A stretch of 64,000 bases of DNA from contig JAXGYO010000002.1 in the NCBI GenBank assembly GCA_040772225.1, positions 944,448 to 1,008,447 of the forward strand, written 5' to 3'. The notes below the pieces were generated by a model, which made no database searches, was not told where the DNA came from, and saw nothing but the letters and a program-made list of their open reading frames with translations. The stretch's first letter is position 1, and every line of letters begins with the position of its first letter. A program made the position numbers and the translations under genes. The DNA comes from Anaerolineae bacterium. GTDB taxonomy: Bacteria; Chloroflexota; Anaerolineae; UBA1429. Below, piece by piece: positions 52,457 to 64,000 of the stretch.

Positions 52457-54250
52457 ATGCTAAAAACACACGACTGCGGCCAACTGCGCGCGGCAGATTC
52501 CGGAAAGACCGTGATGCTGGCTGGCTGGGTGCACCGGCGCCGGGACCATGGCAATCTAATTTTCGTCGATCTGCGTGACCGATTCGGCATTACGCAGCTC
52601 GTGTTCAACCCCGATATCTCCGAACAGACTCACGCTGCTGCCTCTGACCTGCACATCGAGTATGTAATCCGTGTGGTCGGCCAGGTGCGAGAACGCCCGG
52701 AGGGGATGCGCAATCCAGACATGCCCACGGGCGAGATCGAGGTCGTGGCCACCGAACTGGAGATCCTCAACACTGCCAAACTCCCGGTGTTTCACATCAA
52801 TCGAGAGAGCGAAGTGGATGAAGCGGTCCGGCTGCGGTACCGCTACCTCGACCTGCGGCGTCAGCGGATGCAGCGCAACCTCGTGCTGTATCACGAGGTC
52901 ACCCGGTTCATTCGTGAGCATCTCTCGAACCGTGGTTTTGTAGAGATCGAGACACCGATCCTGTTCAAGAGCACGCCTGAGGGCGCGCGTGATTATGTCG
53001 TGCCCAGCCGCATCCACCCTGGCAAGTTCTATGCTCTGCCTCAATCGCCCCAGCAACTCAAGCAGTTACTCATGGTGAGCGGGTTTGAGCGGTACTTTCA
53101 GATCGCCCGGTGTTTCCGGGATGAGGACCAGCGCTCGGATCGCCAGCCAGAGTTCACACAGCTGGACCTCGAGATGTCCTTTGTGGATCGCGACGACATT
53201 CTGGCCCTGATGGAGGACCTGCTCATTGCCCTGGTCCCCGCCGTCTCTGACAAGCGCATTGCGACCATCCCCTTCCCCCGCCTGACCTACGCCGAAGCAA
53301 TGGACAAGTACGGCAGCGACAAGCCGGATGTCCGGTTCGGCATGACGATCGTGGACATTACGGACATTGCTGGCAAGACAGCGTTCACAGTATTCAGCAG
53401 CGCCGTTGAGGCGGGCGGCAGGGTCAAGGCGATCGTGGCTCCTGGGTGTGCGGGCTACACCCGGCGACAGATCGATGAGCTCGGACAGATGGCGCGAGAT
53501 CTGGGGGCAAAGGGCCTGGCTACAATCCAGATGCGCCCCGAGGGTCCGCACACCCCCATCGCGCGCTTTCTGTCGCCAGAAGAACTTGAGAGCATCATCT
53601 CCCGATGCGGCGCTCAAGAAGGGGACCTGGTACTGATCGTTGCGGATCAGCCCAAGACTGTAGCACAGGTGCTCGGGCAGATGCGCACCGAGTTTGGCAA
53701 GCGACTGTCACTGGTTGATGACAACGTGCTGGCCTTTGCCTGGATCACAGACTTTCCGCTGCTGGAGTGGGATGACGAGGAGCAGCGCTACACGGCGGTG
53801 CATCACCCCTTTACTGCACCCATGGATGACGACCTGGACATGCTCGAGTCCGCCCCCGAAAAGGTACGCGCCAAGGCCTACGATGTGGTTGCCAACGGCT
53901 ACGAGATAGGCGGCGGAAGCATACGAATTCATCGCAGGGACATTCAGGAGCGCATGTTTGCGGCCATCGGGATGAGCAGAGAAGCGGCACAGTCCCAGTT
54001 CGGCCACCTGCTCGAAGCCTTTGAGTTCGGCGCTCCGCCCCATGGCGGCATCGCCGCGGGCATGGCGCGCCTGGTGATGCTCCTGGCAGGCGAGCCGAAC
54101 ATTCGCGAGGTGACGGCCTTTCCCAAGACACAGAGTGCAGTCGACTTGATGACGGACGCCCCGTCATATCTGACGCCGCGGCAACTGGCCGAGCTGCACA
54201 TCCTCGTGGACGATACGCACATGAGCAATACGAAGGATGGCGATGCCTGA
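52457..54250 (+). CDS. aspS: Aspartate--tRNA ligase
   Basis: Class II aaRS motifs and the AspRS anticodon-binding OB fold. RBS GGAG before ATG 52457. Confidence 0.9.
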   Translation: MLKTHDCGQLRAADSGKTVMLAGWVHRRRDHGNLIFVDLRDRFGITQLVFNPDISEQTHAAASDLHIEYVIRVVGQVRERPEGMRNPDMPTGEIEVVATELEILNTAKLPVFHINRESEVDEAVRLRYRYLDLRRQRMQRNLVLYHEVTRFIREHLSNRGFVEIETPILFKSTPEGARDYVVPSRIHPGKFYALPQSPQQLKQLLMVSGFERYFQIARCFRDEDQRSDRQPEFTQLDLEMSFVDRDDILALMEDLLIALVPAVSDKRIATIPFPRLTYAEAMDKYGSDKPDVRFGMTIVDITDIAGKTAFTVFSSAVEAGGRVKAIVAPGCAGYTRRQIDELGQMARDLGAKGLATIQMRPEGPHTPIARFLSPEELESIISRCGAQEGDLVLIVADQPKTVAQVLGQMRTEFGKRLSLVDDNVLAFAWITDFPLLEWDDEEQRYTAVHHPFTAPMDDDLDMLESAPEKVRAKAYDVVANGYEIGGGSIRIHRRDIQERMFAAIGMSREAAQSQFGHLLEAFEFGAPPHGGIAAGMARLVMLLAGEPNIREVTAFPKTQSAVDLMTDAPSYLTPRQLAELHILVDDTHMSNTKDGDA

Positions 54251-54950
54251 CGCGGCACGGGAAAGACAACTCCTGGCGTTGACTGAAGCAATAGGCTTTA
54301 GCTTTCACAATCTCGGCCACCTCGACCGGGCGCTGACGCACAGCTCCTATGCCAACGAGAATCCTGGTGCGGAGACCGTTGATAATGAGCGCCTGGAGTA
54401 TCTTGGTGATGCGATCCTGGGCTTTCTGGTGGCCGAATGGCTGTTCAAGCGATACCCGGAAGCGCAGGAGGGAGAACTCACCAGCCTGCGGGTCTTTGTG
54501 GTTCGCACCGAGAGCCTGGCCCGTGTCGGTCGCGAGCTCCAACTGGGCCAGTATCTGCGCATGGGACGAGGCGAGGAGGCCAGCGGAGGCAAGGAGCGCG
54601 AAGCGAACCTGTGCGCCGCCTTCGAAGCCTTTGTTGGGGCGATCTACCTTGACCGGGGCCTGGAGACTACCCGCGCACTGGTGGGCGCTTTGCTCGAGAC
54701 CCGTTCTGCCGAGATCGAGCTGCAGCGCTCAAAAAAGAACGCCAAGAGCTATCTGCAGGAGTATACGCAGTCCGCGATGCAAATCACGCCGGCCTATGCT
54801 ATCATCGCCGAGCACGGGCCCGACCACGATCGGCAGTTTGTTGCGCGAGTTATGGTTGGTAACGAGACCTGGGGCGAGGGATCGGGGCGAAGCAAACAGG
54901 CTGCCGAGCAGGCCGCCGCGGCGGCGGCCATCGAGCAGCGAGCGCTCTAG
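54237..54950 (+). CDS. rnc: Ribonuclease III
   Basis: RNase III signature ERLEYLGDA and C-terminal dsRBD. Confidence 0.9.
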   Translation: MAMPDAARERQLLALTEAIGFSFHNLGHLDRALTHSSYANENPGAETVDNERLEYLGDAILGFLVAEWLFKRYPEAQEGELTSLRVFVVRTESLARVGRELQLGQYLRMGRGEEASGGKEREANLCAAFEAFVGAIYLDRGLETTRALVGALLETRSAEIELQRSKKNAKSYLQEYTQSAMQITPAYAIIAEHGPDHDRQFVARVMVGNETWGEGSGRSKQAAEQAAAAAAIEQRAL

Positions 54951-55021
54951 CGTCGGGCGCTCCAGCGCTGTGTTCGCGCCTTTTTACCGCAGTGCAATGA
55001 AACAGGAATTGTAAAGGCAGT

Positions 55022-58000
55022 ATGCGCCTCAAGCGTCTGGAAATGTACGGCTACAAGAGCTTTGCGTCCCGCGCCGTCTTCGAGTTCAGCGATGGCATCA
55101 CAGCCATTGTGGGCCCGAACGGCAGCGGCAAGAGCAACATTGCCGACGGCGTGCGCTGGGTGCTGGGGGAGCAGAGCTATAGCAACCTCAGGGGACGCCG
55201 TACGGAGGACATGATCTTTGCGGGCTCCCGGCGTCGCGCCCGGCTTGGCATGGCAGAGGTCACCATCACCCTGGACAACTCTGACCGGTGGCTCGACATT
55301 GACTTTACCGAGGTCACGATTGGCAGGCGCGCCTACCGTTCCGGCGAGAACGAATACCTCCTCAACGGGACCCGCGTGCGTTACCGCGAGATCTCAGACC
55401 TTCTGGGGGCTGCGGGCCTGGCTGCCAGCAATTACGTCGTGATCGGCCAGGGGATGGTGGACGCCGCCCTGGCGCTCACTCCGGAGGCGCGGCGCTCGCT
55501 ATTCGAGGAGGCTGCCGGAATTGCCCCTCAGTTGCGCAAACGCGAAGAGACCCTGACGCGCATCGCAGAAACGCAGCGAAACCTCGAGCGCGCGGAAGAC
55601 ATCATCAACGAGCTGAGGCCACGGGCGCGCACGCTGCGGCGACAGGCTGAGCGCGCCGAGGAACACATGTTGCTGGTGCAGGATCTTCGCGAGTTACAGC
55701 GCATCTGGTACGGCTATCAGTGGCAGAACGTACAACATCGCGTGGCTCATGCCGAGGTCCAGCTGGTGAACGCACGTGAACACCTGGAGGCGCAGCGCAC
55801 CTTTGCCCGGGAGCTGCAGATGAGCCAGGAGACACTGAGAGAGCAGATTTCTCAGCAGATGACGCTCCACGACGCTCTGTCTGAGCGCCTGGCTACGCTG
55901 CGGGACGAGTCCGACGGCATCAGTCGCGATCTGGCCATTGCGGGCGAGCGTGCCCGCCTATACACCCAACAGATAGAATCTGCGGCCGGCGATCAGCAGG
56001 CCCTTTTATCGCGCCGCACTGTGCTTGACCAAGAGGTTTCTCGAGCACGAGAGCAACTCGCCGAACACCATGACCACCACAGGGCCTGCCTGGCCGAGAT
56101 AGAGGAGCTCAAGGCCACCCTCGCCGCGATCGACCAAGAGCGCGAGGAGATCGCCAACAGCTTTCGCTCGCTTGAGCAGGAGGTCGCATCGCGCGAGCGC
56201 GAACTTGCCCAGCGGCAGGCCCAGAGCGAGCAACTGTCGGAACGCAAGCGCGAGCTGGAATCCGAGCGCGAGACCATCACGCAGCGCAGCGCCCAGACCA
56301 AAGAGCGGCTGGAGACCATGCGCGTCCAGGCAGCCGACCTTGAAGCTCGCGAGCAGGCGCTTGATGCAGCGCAGCGCGCGCTGGAACAGCTCCAGGAGGA
56401 TGCCGAGAGCGCACTGCTGGCGTCTCGCGAGACGCTGGTATCCCTGGAACGACGGGCCAGCGAGGCACGGACTGAGAGAGACCAGATCCTGGGCAGACAG
56501 CGCTCACTGCAGCGAATGAGAGAGCAGATGAGCGATTACCACCCCGGTGTGCGTGAGGTCTTGCGTGCCGCTGACTCGCTCAAGGGCATACGGGGCACGG
56601 TCGCCACGCTCATGCGGGTGCCGCAAGAGTACGAGCAAGCGATCCAATCTGCCCTGGGCTCGCGGCTGGAGAACATCGTCACCGAGCACTGGGAGGACGC
56701 GGAGGCAGCCATTGCCCTGTTAAAGCAGAGACAGGCTGGCTGGGCCACCTTTCTCCCGCTGGACTCGCTGCACGTGCGTCCCGCCCTCAAGCCCCGTCCC
56801 ATGGCTGGCATCGTGGGTGTGGCCAGCGAACTTGTCCGCTACGACTCCGAGCTGCAGCCCGTTTTTGACCTCCTGCTGGGGCACGTCCTCATCGTGCAAG
56901 ACCTTCCAGCGGCCCGCAGGCTCTTGAGGGAGCGCACGGGGGCCTCGCTGCTGGTGACACTCCAAGGCGAGACGGTGCAGCCGAGCGGTGCAGTCAGTGG
57001 CGGTACCAGGCAGACTCAGACACGGCTGCTTCAGCAAGAGCGGGAGTGGCGCGAACTGCCCGCCCACCTGCAGAGTGCGGAGGAAGCCCTGATGGAGGCG
57101 ACCAACAGCGTTGCCGCGATTCAGGATCGCATTGGCGAAATCCAGGCCGCGCTCCGCCAGCGAGCTCTGGAGATCACGCAGGGACGCCGAGACCGGGAGC
57201 GCGCACACCAGGCACTGCTCAAGCACGGAGATGAGCTTGTCCGCGCAGAGAGGGACTATACCTGGCTCGCCTCCCGCGCCACACAGATCGATGCCGATCT
57301 CGAGCAACTCTCTCATAGACAGCAGACAGTGTCATTGGCGACAGCTTCGCTCAGCGAGCAGGGTGAGCAACTTGCTGCGCAGCTGAGTGAGTTGGCGACG
57401 CGCCGGGATGCCATCCAGGACGCACCGCAGCGTCAGCGCCTGAACGCGCTCGAGACTGAGGCCGAGGTGAGTGCGCGTACAGCGCGCAGCGTCACCGCCC
57501 TGCTGGAGAGCCACATTCGCAACCTGGAGCAAATCGATCAGCAGATCGCCATACGTGAGGCCCAGCGTAAAGAACAGACGGAGCGACTGCAGGAGCTCAA
57601 CAGCCAGCTGGCCCAGCGCCAGGAACGCCTGGCCGCCCTGGAGGCTCTTGTCGAGGAGACACAAGCACAGCTCGCACCGATCCACGCCAAACGCGTCGAG
57701 TTGGAGCGTGAGGAGCAGCGGACCATCCGCCAGCACTCGGACAGTCTCGATAGGTTGCACGAGGCAGAAACGGAATACAATCAGACGGTGCTGGAGCGAG
57801 ATCGCGCGCGAGATCGGCAGGCGAGCCTGAGCGCGGAGATTGAAGAATCTCTGGGGCCAATCGACCTGCCCGATGTGACAGCGCACCAGCTACGCCTCAA
57901 TCTCGATGACAACGTGGTCGAACTACCGCGCGTCACAGCGCTCCCCGCAGGGCTCAACGACGAGATACGCCACCTGCGTGCTCGGTTGCGCCGTGTCGGC

Positions 58001-58609
58001 AGCATCAACCCCGAGGCGCCTCGGGAGTACGAGAGACTGTTGGAGCGGCAGACCTTTTTGCAGGGACAGGTGTCTGATCTGCGGGGCGCTATCGCTTCGT
58101 TGCATGAGGTGATCGAGGAGCTGGATCAGGTCATTGAGCACGACTTTGGAGCTGCGGTCAAGCGCGTAGACCAGGGCTTTGCCACGTACTTTGAGGAGCT
58201 ATTTGGTGGCGGCTCTGCGCGCCTGGTCCTCACCGACCCGAACAACATGGCGACCACCGGCGTGGACATCATTGCGCACCCGCCCGGCAAACATGCTCAG
58301 AGACTGTCACTGCTGTCGGGCGGAGAGAGAGCGCTCACTGCCGTTGCGCTGCTCTTTGCGCTGCTCAATGCCAACCCGGTGCCCTTCTGCATTCTCGACG
58401 AGGTGGATGCCGCCCTGGACGAGTCCAATGTCGGCCGATTTCGTGACATGTTGCGCAGCCAGTCCAGCAGTGCCCAGTACGTGGTCATTACACACAATCG
58501 TCGCACGATCGAGGCTGCAGAGACCATCTATGGCATCTCGATGGAGGATCAGGGCGTCTCGCAGAGTATTTCGCTCCAGGTGGGTCAGGCAATCGCGGGA
58601 ACAGCGTAG
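55022..58609 (+). CDS. smc: Chromosome segregation protein SMC
   Basis: N-terminal Walker [10 protein letters not shown], long coiled coils, hinge, C-terminal LSGGE signature and Walker B. Confidence 0.95.
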   Translation: MRLKRLEMYGYKSFASRAVFEFSDGITAIVGPNGSGKSNIADGVRWVLGEQSYSNLRGRRTEDMIFAGSRRRARLGMAEVTITLDNSDRWLDIDFTEVTIGRRAYRSGENEYLLNGTRVRYREISDLLGAAGLAASNYVVIGQGMVDAALALTPEARRSLFEEAAGIAPQLRKREETLTRIAETQRNLERAEDIINELRPRARTLRRQAERAEEHMLLVQDLRELQRIWYGYQWQNVQHRVAHAEVQLVNAREHLEAQRTFARELQMSQETLREQISQQMTLHDALSERLATLRDESDGISRDLAIAGERARLYTQQIESAAGDQQALLSRRTVLDQEVSRAREQLAEHHDHHRACLAEIEELKATLAAIDQEREEIANSFRSLEQEVASRERELAQRQAQSEQLSERKRELESERETITQRSAQTKERLETMRVQAADLEAREQALDAAQRALEQLQEDAESALLASRETLVSLERRASEARTERDQILGRQRSLQRMREQMSDYHPGVREVLRAADSLKGIRGTVATLMRVPQEYEQAIQSALGSRLENIVTEHWEDAEAAIALLKQRQAGWATFLPLDSLHVRPALKPRPMAGIVGVASELVRYDSELQPVFDLLLGHVLIVQDLPAARRLLRERTGASLLVTLQGETVQPSGAVSGGTRQTQTRLLQQEREWRELPAHLQSAEEALMEATNSVAAIQDRIGEIQAALRQRALEITQGRRDRERAHQALLKHGDELVRAERDYTWLASRATQIDADLEQLSHRQQTVSLATASLSEQGEQLAAQLSELATRRDAIQDAPQRQRLNALETEAEVSARTARSVTALLESHIRNLEQIDQQIAIREAQRKEQTERLQELNSQLAQRQERLAALEALVEETQAQLAPIHAKRVELEREEQRTIRQHSDSLDRLHEAETEYNQTVLERDRARDRQASLSAEIEESLGPIDLPDVTAHQLRLNLDDNVVELPRVTALPAGLNDEIRHLRARLRRVGSINPEAPREYERLLERQTFLQGQVSDLRGAIASLHEVIEELDQVIEHDFGAAVKRVDQGFATYFEELFGGGSARLVLTDPNNMATTGVDIIAHPPGKHAQRLSLLSGGERALTAVALLFALLNANPVPFCILDEVDAALDESNVGRFRDMLRSQSSSAQYVVITHNRRTIEAAETIYGISMEDQGVSQSISLQVGQAIAGTA

Positions 58610-58627
58610 GATGCTGGCGAGCTGCCG

Positions 58628-59218
58628 CTAGACCGAAGGAGCGAGCGGCGAGCTATCCTCCAACTCGGGCATGCGGGGCAGCAGGTCCAACGACTCGAGA
58701 CCGAAATAGCGCAGGAACTCAAAGGTTGTGCCCAACAACTCGGGGCGACCCGCCTGCTCCAGCTGACCAACCGTCTCGATGAGGTTCCGGGCGCGCAGCG
58801 TCCGAATGACGGCATCGGAGTTGACTCCTCGAATCGCTTCCACCTGAGCGCGGGTCACCGGCTGTCTATAGGCAATGATCGCGATGGTCTCCATGGCGGC
58901 AGGTGAGAGCTTTGTGGTACGGTCCATCCCCAGAAAGCGCGCTACGCAAGAGGCAGCCTCAGGCGCAGTCACGAGTTGGACGCGCACGCCCACCCGCACG
59001 ACCGAGATGCCTCGAGATGGCGCCTGTTCGATGAGCCAGTCCAGTGCCTGCTGGACATGCTCGGCCGGGGCATCCAGCGCGTTGGCCAGATCCGAGACAT
59101 TGACTGGCTCGTCCGCTACAAACAAGAGTGCCTCGACGAGGCGAGCCAGATCGCAGTTTGATTGTGGCACCTGTTCCACAGCAGAATTACCCCGCTTCGC
59201 TGAGTACCTGGCGGACAA
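58628..59218 (-). CDS. scpB: Segregation and condensation protein B
   Basis: ScpB winged-helix motifs (LEALLFV, AAMETIAIIAYRQPVT). Confidence 0.85.
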   Translation of the reverse strand: MSARYSAKRGNSAVEQVPQSNCDLARLVEALLFVADEPVNVSDLANALDAPAEHVQQALDWLIEQAPSRGISVVRVGVRVQLVTAPEAASCVARFLGMDRTTKLSPAAMETIAIIAYRQPVTRAQVEAIRGVNSDAVIRTLRARNLIETVGQLEQAGRPELLGTTFEFLRYFGLESLDLLPRMPELEDSSPLAPSV

Positions 59219-59284
59219 GTCAGCCCTCGCAGTATCGGATGAGGTCGCGCATCCTGCGAGGGCCGTGAATGAACAAACGGCAGG

Positions 59285-60001
59285 CTACTTGCTGGCTGTT
59301 TCCTGGTCCTGATCGAACGCCGCTTCGTCGCTGACCGGACGAGACGCCGTTCCCTGCGCAGGTGGGGTGACAGGCGCTGGCCGGGACACAGGCGGAATGA
59401 GGGGCTCGGAAGCCGGCTTAACCTGGTCGTCCTTTTTCCCTGCGGCCGGTGCCATCGTGCCCCGCGGGAACGGTTCGTGGGCGACATTGACCTCAACCTG
59501 CCCGTGAATCTTGACGCCCAGCTGAGTCTCGATGATTTCGTGGGCCAGCTTGACGATGTCGCCGGTGACGGTCGGCACGTTCACCGTCGGGCTGGTGTGC
59601 AGATCGATCGCGACCGATACATCTTTGCCGCGGCTGGTGATGTGAGGCTTGGCATCCCTCACGCCCGGAAGTTCATCGATGCGGTATGCCAGGCTCTGTG
59701 TGACCGACTCCACACCGATGCGGGCCTTGCCGTTACCCTCGGTCTTGATCTGAACCGACTTTTTGTGCGTTCTGCGTATCTCCAAAACAAGCAGGATCAG
59801 CAACACGAGCGCGACAATACCCATCCCTACCCTGTAGTATACGTTCCAGTTGGCATCGGTGAACACGATGCTCTCCTGCGCGCGAGTCAGCGTATCCGCC
59901 CCTATCTGGAGAACGCTCTGCGGATTGATGAGCAACGATACGGCGAGACCCAGCAATCCCAGTATGAGCAAGACCATCACAATCCGGTTAAAGACGTTCA
60001 T
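59285..60001 (-). CDS. Membrane protein with Asp23/AmaP-like (alkaline-shock family) domain and Pro/Ala-rich C-terminal tail
   Basis: Two N-terminal TM helices, then an Asp23-like segment (GVESVTQSLAYRIDELPGV). RBS AAGGAG before ATG 60001; the 119-aa track N-extension was rejected. Confidence 0.45.
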   Translation of the reverse strand: MNVFNRIVMVLLILGLLGLAVSLLINPQSVLQIGADTLTRAQESIVFTDANWNVYYRVGMGIVALVLLILLVLEIRRTHKKSVQIKTEGNGKARIGVESVTQSLAYRIDELPGVRDAKPHITSRGKDVSVAIDLHTSPTVNVPTVTGDIVKLAHEIIETQLGVKIHGQVEVNVAHEPFPRGTMAPAAGKKDDQVKPASEPLIPPVSRPAPVTPPAQGTASRPVSDEAAFDQDQETASK

Positions 60002-60154
60002 GGGACTCTCCTTATCTGATGACGTGATGCATGACATCATAACGATTATACACACGGTGCAATGGAATGTCCACACAGACGCACGTCTTCCAGGGGCGCG
60101 GTTCGGTTGTCCACAGAGCAGCCTATGGTATAATCGCTCTCTGGAGGCAGTGCA

Positions 60155-62908
60155 ATGGAACGAAAAAAGCGCTTGATGCTCATCGATGGGCATGCCATGG
60201 CCTACCGGGCCTATTTTGCGACGCCGCCTCTCACCGCGCCTAACGGCGAGCCGAGCAATGCGATTTTCGGCTTTGCCAGCATGCTGCTCAAGGCCATTGC
60301 AGACGAGAACCCGGATTACGTCATCGCGACCTTTGACTCGGGCAAGACATTTCGCCACGAGGAGTATGCCGAGTACAAAGCCACCCGCGCCAAAATGCCC
60401 GATGATCTTGCCGTGCAGGTGACCCGCATACAGGAATTGGCTAAAGCCATGGGCATCCCGGTGCAGACACTGGAGGGCTACGAAGCCGATGATCTCCTCG
60501 GCACACTCTCAGCGCTGGCCAGTGCACGGGGGGTTGAGACGATCATCGTTACCGGGGACAGCGACACGCTGCAGCTTGTTTCTGACGACGTGCACGTCCT
60601 GATGCCGCGCCGCACCATGGGCGATGTACAGCATTTTGATGTGGCCGCGGTAAGAGAGCACTATGGGCTTGGCCCGGAGCAGTTGATAGATCTCAAGGCG
60701 CTGATGGGAGACTCGTCAGACAACATCCCGGGCGTCAAAGGTGTCGGAGAGAGAACTGCCACTCGCCTCCTGAGCCAATATGGCACACTGGAAGCAGTGT
60801 ATGAACACCTGGACGAGATCACACAGACACGGTTTCGCAATGCCCTGCAAGAGCACCACGACGAGGCACTCATGAGTCAGCGTCTCGTCACGATCGTACG
60901 AGACCTGGACGTACCGCTAGATCTGGAGGCGGCGCGTTGGGGCGTCTACGACCGCGAGCGTTTGATGGCCATGATGCGGGATCTCGGCTTTCATTCGCTG
61001 GTGGATCGCCTCCCGGGAGAAGCGCCCGTTCCTGGCGAACAGCTTACACTGTTCTCCACCCCTACCCCGGTTCAGGCGGGGCAGCCGCGTGTGTTTGGAG
61101 ATTATCGCATCGTAGACACGACCGCCGAGCTAGAGAGGCTGGTATCCAGGCTCGACGCGGTGGAGGTCATCGGCCTGGATACCGAGACCACTAGCACTGA
61201 TCAGATGCAAGCGCGGCTTGTGGGCATCTCCATTGCTACTGCCGAGGCAGAGTCCTGGTACATCCCCGTCGGACATCAGCGACGAGAGGACGAGCGGCAG
61301 CTTGACCTTCAGACGGTCACTGCGGCTATCGGACCATTCCTGGCTGATCCCGCCAGGGGCAAGATCCTGCACAATGCCAAGTACGACCTGATCGTGCTCG
61401 AACGGCACGGACTCCCCGTTCGCGGCCGCTGCGACGACACGATGCTGGCGGCGTGGCTGCTATCGCCAAACGGTCGGGGCATCAGCCTGCGCGAACAGGC
61501 CTTTCAGCGCCTTGCCATCGAGATGACCGACACTTCAGAAGTCATCGGTAAAGGCCGCTCCCAGACCACCATGGACAAGGTGGCCATTGAGGCCGTGGGC
61601 ATGTACGCCTGCGCGGATGCCGACATGACTTTGCGCCTGCACGCGATTGTGCGGGGAGAGCTCATCGAACGCAACCAGCTTGAGCTGTACGAAAAGCTCG
61701 AGGTCCCCTTGGTGCCCGTGCTCAAAGACATGGAGATGCACGGCGTGCTCGTAGATGTGCCCTATCTCGAGGAGATGTCCCAAGACATCGGATCGCAAAT
61801 TGGCAAGCTGGAACAGGACATCTACCGGCACGCGGGGCATCCGTTCAATCTGAACTCGCCCAAACAACTGGGGGAGGTGCTCTTCCAGGAACTCAACCTG
61901 CCCGTCGTCCGCAGCACCAAGACGGGTCCGTCTACCGATGCTGCCGTCCTGGAGCAGTTGCGCGACGCCCATCCCATGGTAGGGCTCCTGCTCGAGTACA
62001 GAAATCTAGACAAGCTGCGGGGCACCTATGTCGACGCACTGCCCAGGCTGGTTCATCCCAGAACTGGACGGGTACACACATCCTACAACCAGGCGGGCAC
62101 CAGCACGGGCAGGCTCTCGTCGAGCGATCCGAATCTGCAGAACATTCCGGTGCGCGATGAGATCGGCAGAAAGGTGCGGCGCGCCTTTGTTGCTCCGCCA
62201 GGGCATGTCCTCCTGGGATGTGACTATTCGCAGGTAGAGCTACGCATGCTGGCGCACGTTTCGGAGGATCCGCAGATGATCGCGGCTTTTGAGCGCGACG
62301 AGGACGTACACGCCACCACAGCAGCGGCGATCTTTGGGCTGGATCTCGACGACGTCACTTATGAGCAGCGCAGCATGGCCAAGGCGATTAACTTTGGTCT
62401 CATGTACGGGATGAGCCGGTACGGGCTGGCGGCCAGAACCAACCTTTCGGCGGAAGAAGCCGGCGAGTTTATCGACGCTTACTTTACACGCTTTGCCGGC
62501 GTGCGACGCTACCTGGATGACACAATAGCACAGGCCCGAGAGCGCGGCTATGTCGAAACCATTATGGGACGCAGACGGTACTTTCCCGAGTTGACGCAGC
62601 ACACCATTAACCAGACGGTACAGAACGCGGCAGAACGCGCGGCCGTAAACATGCCCATTCAGGGCAGTGCAGCCGACATCCTCAAGGTCGCGATGATTCA
62701 GCTGCACGATAGGCTGCAATCCGGCAGCCTCGATGCACATATGATCCTGCAGGTACACGACGAGCTTGTGCTCGAAGTCGCTGAAAAGGATCTGGCGGCC
62801 GCGACCGACCTCCTGGTGGAGACCATGTCGAACGCCGCCAAACTGCGTGTCCCCCTCAAGGTCGACGTATCGGTCGGCAAGAATTGGATGGAGATGAAGA
62901 ACGGATGA
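60155..62908 (+). CDS. polA: DNA polymerase I
   Basis: 5'-3' exonuclease, 3'-5' exonuclease-like and polymerase motifs A/B/C (DYSQVELR, RRMAKAINFG, VHDEL). Extended -10 (TGgTATAAT) plus RBS upstream. Confidence 0.95.
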   Translation: MERKKRLMLIDGHAMAYRAYFATPPLTAPNGEPSNAIFGFASMLLKAIADENPDYVIATFDSGKTFRHEEYAEYKATRAKMPDDLAVQVTRIQELAKAMGIPVQTLEGYEADDLLGTLSALASARGVETIIVTGDSDTLQLVSDDVHVLMPRRTMGDVQHFDVAAVREHYGLGPEQLIDLKALMGDSSDNIPGVKGVGERTATRLLSQYGTLEAVYEHLDEITQTRFRNALQEHHDEALMSQRLVTIVRDLDVPLDLEAARWGVYDRERLMAMMRDLGFHSLVDRLPGEAPVPGEQLTLFSTPTPVQAGQPRVFGDYRIVDTTAELERLVSRLDAVEVIGLDTETTSTDQMQARLVGISIATAEAESWYIPVGHQRREDERQLDLQTVTAAIGPFLADPARGKILHNAKYDLIVLERHGLPVRGRCDDTMLAAWLLSPNGRGISLREQAFQRLAIEMTDTSEVIGKGRSQTTMDKVAIEAVGMYACADADMTLRLHAIVRGELIERNQLELYEKLEVPLVPVLKDMEMHGVLVDVPYLEEMSQDIGSQIGKLEQDIYRHAGHPFNLNSPKQLGEVLFQELNLPVVRSTKTGPSTDAAVLEQLRDAHPMVGLLLEYRNLDKLRGTYVDALPRLVHPRTGRVHTSYNQAGTSTGRLSSSDPNLQNIPVRDEIGRKVRRAFVAPPGHVLLGCDYSQVELRMLAHVSEDPQMIAAFERDEDVHATTAAAIFGLDLDDVTYEQRSMAKAINFGLMYGMSRYGLAARTNLSAEEAGEFIDAYFTRFAGVRRYLDDTIAQARERGYVETIMGRRRYFPELTQHTINQTVQNAAERAAVNMPIQGSAADILKVAMIQLHDRLQSGSLDAHMILQVHDELVLEVAEKDLAAATDLLVETMSNAAKLRVPLKVDVSVGKNWMEMKNG

Positions 62909-64000
62909 TCGACGTCGAGCTCAAGAGCGCGATTGCTGCGGGGATTGGGCGGGCGCAACGCCACGGTGATCTGCCAGCCTTTGACATACCCTCAGAAATC
63001 CCCGTGGAGCACCCCCGACAGCCAGAGATGGGCGACTTTGCCACTCCCATCTGCATGCAGCTGGCGCGGCTTGCGCGCATGGCCCCGATCAACATCGCGG
63101 ACGTGCTCGTACGCCGCATGCACCTCCCCGATTTTGTCGGGGAAGTGACCGTTGCCGCGCCTGGGTTTATCAACTTCCGGCTCGCTACGGACTGGCTGAC
63201 GGCCCAGGTGGAGGCCATCCTCAGTGCAGGCGACACGCTGGGTACCCTGGATCTGGGAGCAGACAAGAGTGTCCAGGTGGAATACGTCAGTGCCAACCCG
63301 ACCGGCCCGCTCCACATGGGGTCAGCCCGCAACGCGGTCCTTGGCGATACCCTGGCATCCGTGCTGCAAGCCGCCGGTTATGCGGTGCAGCGTGAGTACT
63401 ATGTCAATGATGCCGGCAGCCGAATGCGCGTCTTTTACGAGACCGCCTTTGCACGATACGCACAGGCGCTCGGGCGTGAAGACATCACCGTCCCTGAAGA
63501 TGGCTATCAGGGTGCCTACATGATCGAACTCGGCCAGCAGATCGCCGAGGCTCACGGGATGGCTTTTCTCGAGATGCCCGCCGATGAGGGCGCTCTTGCC
63601 GTTGGCAAACTGGCTCTCGACCACGTGATCGCGCAGATGCACGAGGACCTCGCCGCGATGGGCATCCAGTATGACTGCTGGTTTTCAGAGCAATCGCTCT
63701 ATCAGAATGGCCAGTTCGACAAGATCATGACGCTCTTGCGTGAGGGAGGCCATCTCGACGTCCACGATGGCGCCGTATGGTTTGCGGCCACACGTCTGGG
63801 CGGGGCAAAGGACGAGGTGATCGTTCGCTCCGATGGCACACCGGGATACTTTGCCTCTGACATCGCCTACCACTATAACAAGTTCATCGAGCGTGGCTTT
63901 GATCGCGTGATCGACGTGTGGGGCGCCGACCACCAGGGCCATGTCCCCCGCATGCGCCACATGATGGAGGCCCTTGGGCTCGATCCCAACCGGCTAACGC
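62905..64000 (+). CDS. argS: Arginine--tRNA ligase (3'-partial; runs off window end)
   Basis: ATG overlaps the polA stop (ATGA). N-terminal Arg-tRNA-synthetase domain plus HMGS-type class I motif (PTGPLHMGS). No stop before window end. Confidence 0.85.
   Translation, partial: MIDVELKSAIAAGIGRAQRHGDLPAFDIPSEIPVEHPRQPEMGDFATPICMQLARLARMAPINIADVLVRRMHLPDFVGEVTVAAPGFINFRLATDWLTAQVEAILSAGDTLGTLDLGADKSVQVEYVSANPTGPLHMGSARNAVLGDTLASVLQAAGYAVQREYYVNDAGSRMRVFYETAFARYAQALGREDITVPEDGYQGAYMIELGQQIAEAHGMAFLEMPADEGALAVGKLALDHVIAQMHEDLAAMGIQYDCWFSEQSLYQNGQFDKIMTLLREGGHLDVHDGAVWFAATRLGGAKDEVIVRSDGTPGYFASDIAYHYNKFIERGFDRVIDVWGADHQGHVPRMRHMMEALGLDPNRLT

Overview
High-GC (~62-65%) bacterial chromosomal window with dense coding on both strands and about 60 genes. 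The gene mix (LysW-dependent lysine pathway, V-type H+-pyrophosphatase, many xylose-isomerase-like TIM-barrel and Gfo/Idh/MocA genes) suggests a Chloroflexota-like organism, which is inference only.

Content, left to right:
- 5'-truncated FtsX/MacB-type permease.
- ~1 kb ORF-free region carrying a near-consensus sigma70 promoter, a 3-codon mini-ORF and an intrinsic terminator.
- Dpp/Opp-type ABC importer operon (2 permeases, 2 ATPases) with no substrate-binding protein gene, an embedded xylose-isomerase-like gene and a small 4-TM protein.
- Sugar/sugar-acid catabolic island: Gfo/Idh/MocA, three xylose-isomerase-like TIM barrels, HpcH/HpaI aldolase, enolase-superfamily dehydratase, HMGL-like (IPMS/homocitrate/Re-citrate-synthase-like) gene with an attenuator-like leader, ROK kinase.
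- Xis/AlpA-like HTH gene next to ssb.
- Amidohydrolase.
- 831-aa nucleotidyltransferase-phosphohexomutase fusion.
- SDR-folB-folK-folE operon preceded by a TPR membrane protein.
- Mrp/ApbC.
- Complete 10-gene LysW-mediated alpha-aminoadipate lysine biosynthesis cluster, preceded by a lysine-codon leader peptide and terminator hairpin (classic attenuator).
- tRNA-Pro(GGG) followed by a degenerate tandem partial copy of itself.
- PHP phosphoesterase.
- Second sugar-acid gene set: MLE-subgroup enolase, XI-like, FucI-like, Gfo, SMP-30 lactonase, ManD-like dehydratase.
- V-type H+-PPase.
- Translationally coupled SNF2 helicase plus SWIM zinc-finger gene pair.
- Housekeeping block: aspS-rnc-smc, scpB, AmaP/Asp23-like, polA, argS (3'-truncated).

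No CRISPR array, integrase or transposase was seen. In my judgement the most interesting items are the lysine leader-peptide attenuator, the SNF2-SWIM pair, the tRNA-Pro partial duplication, and the SBP-less ABC operon with its unexplained 1-kb upstream region. None of these can be established as a new system from sequence alone.
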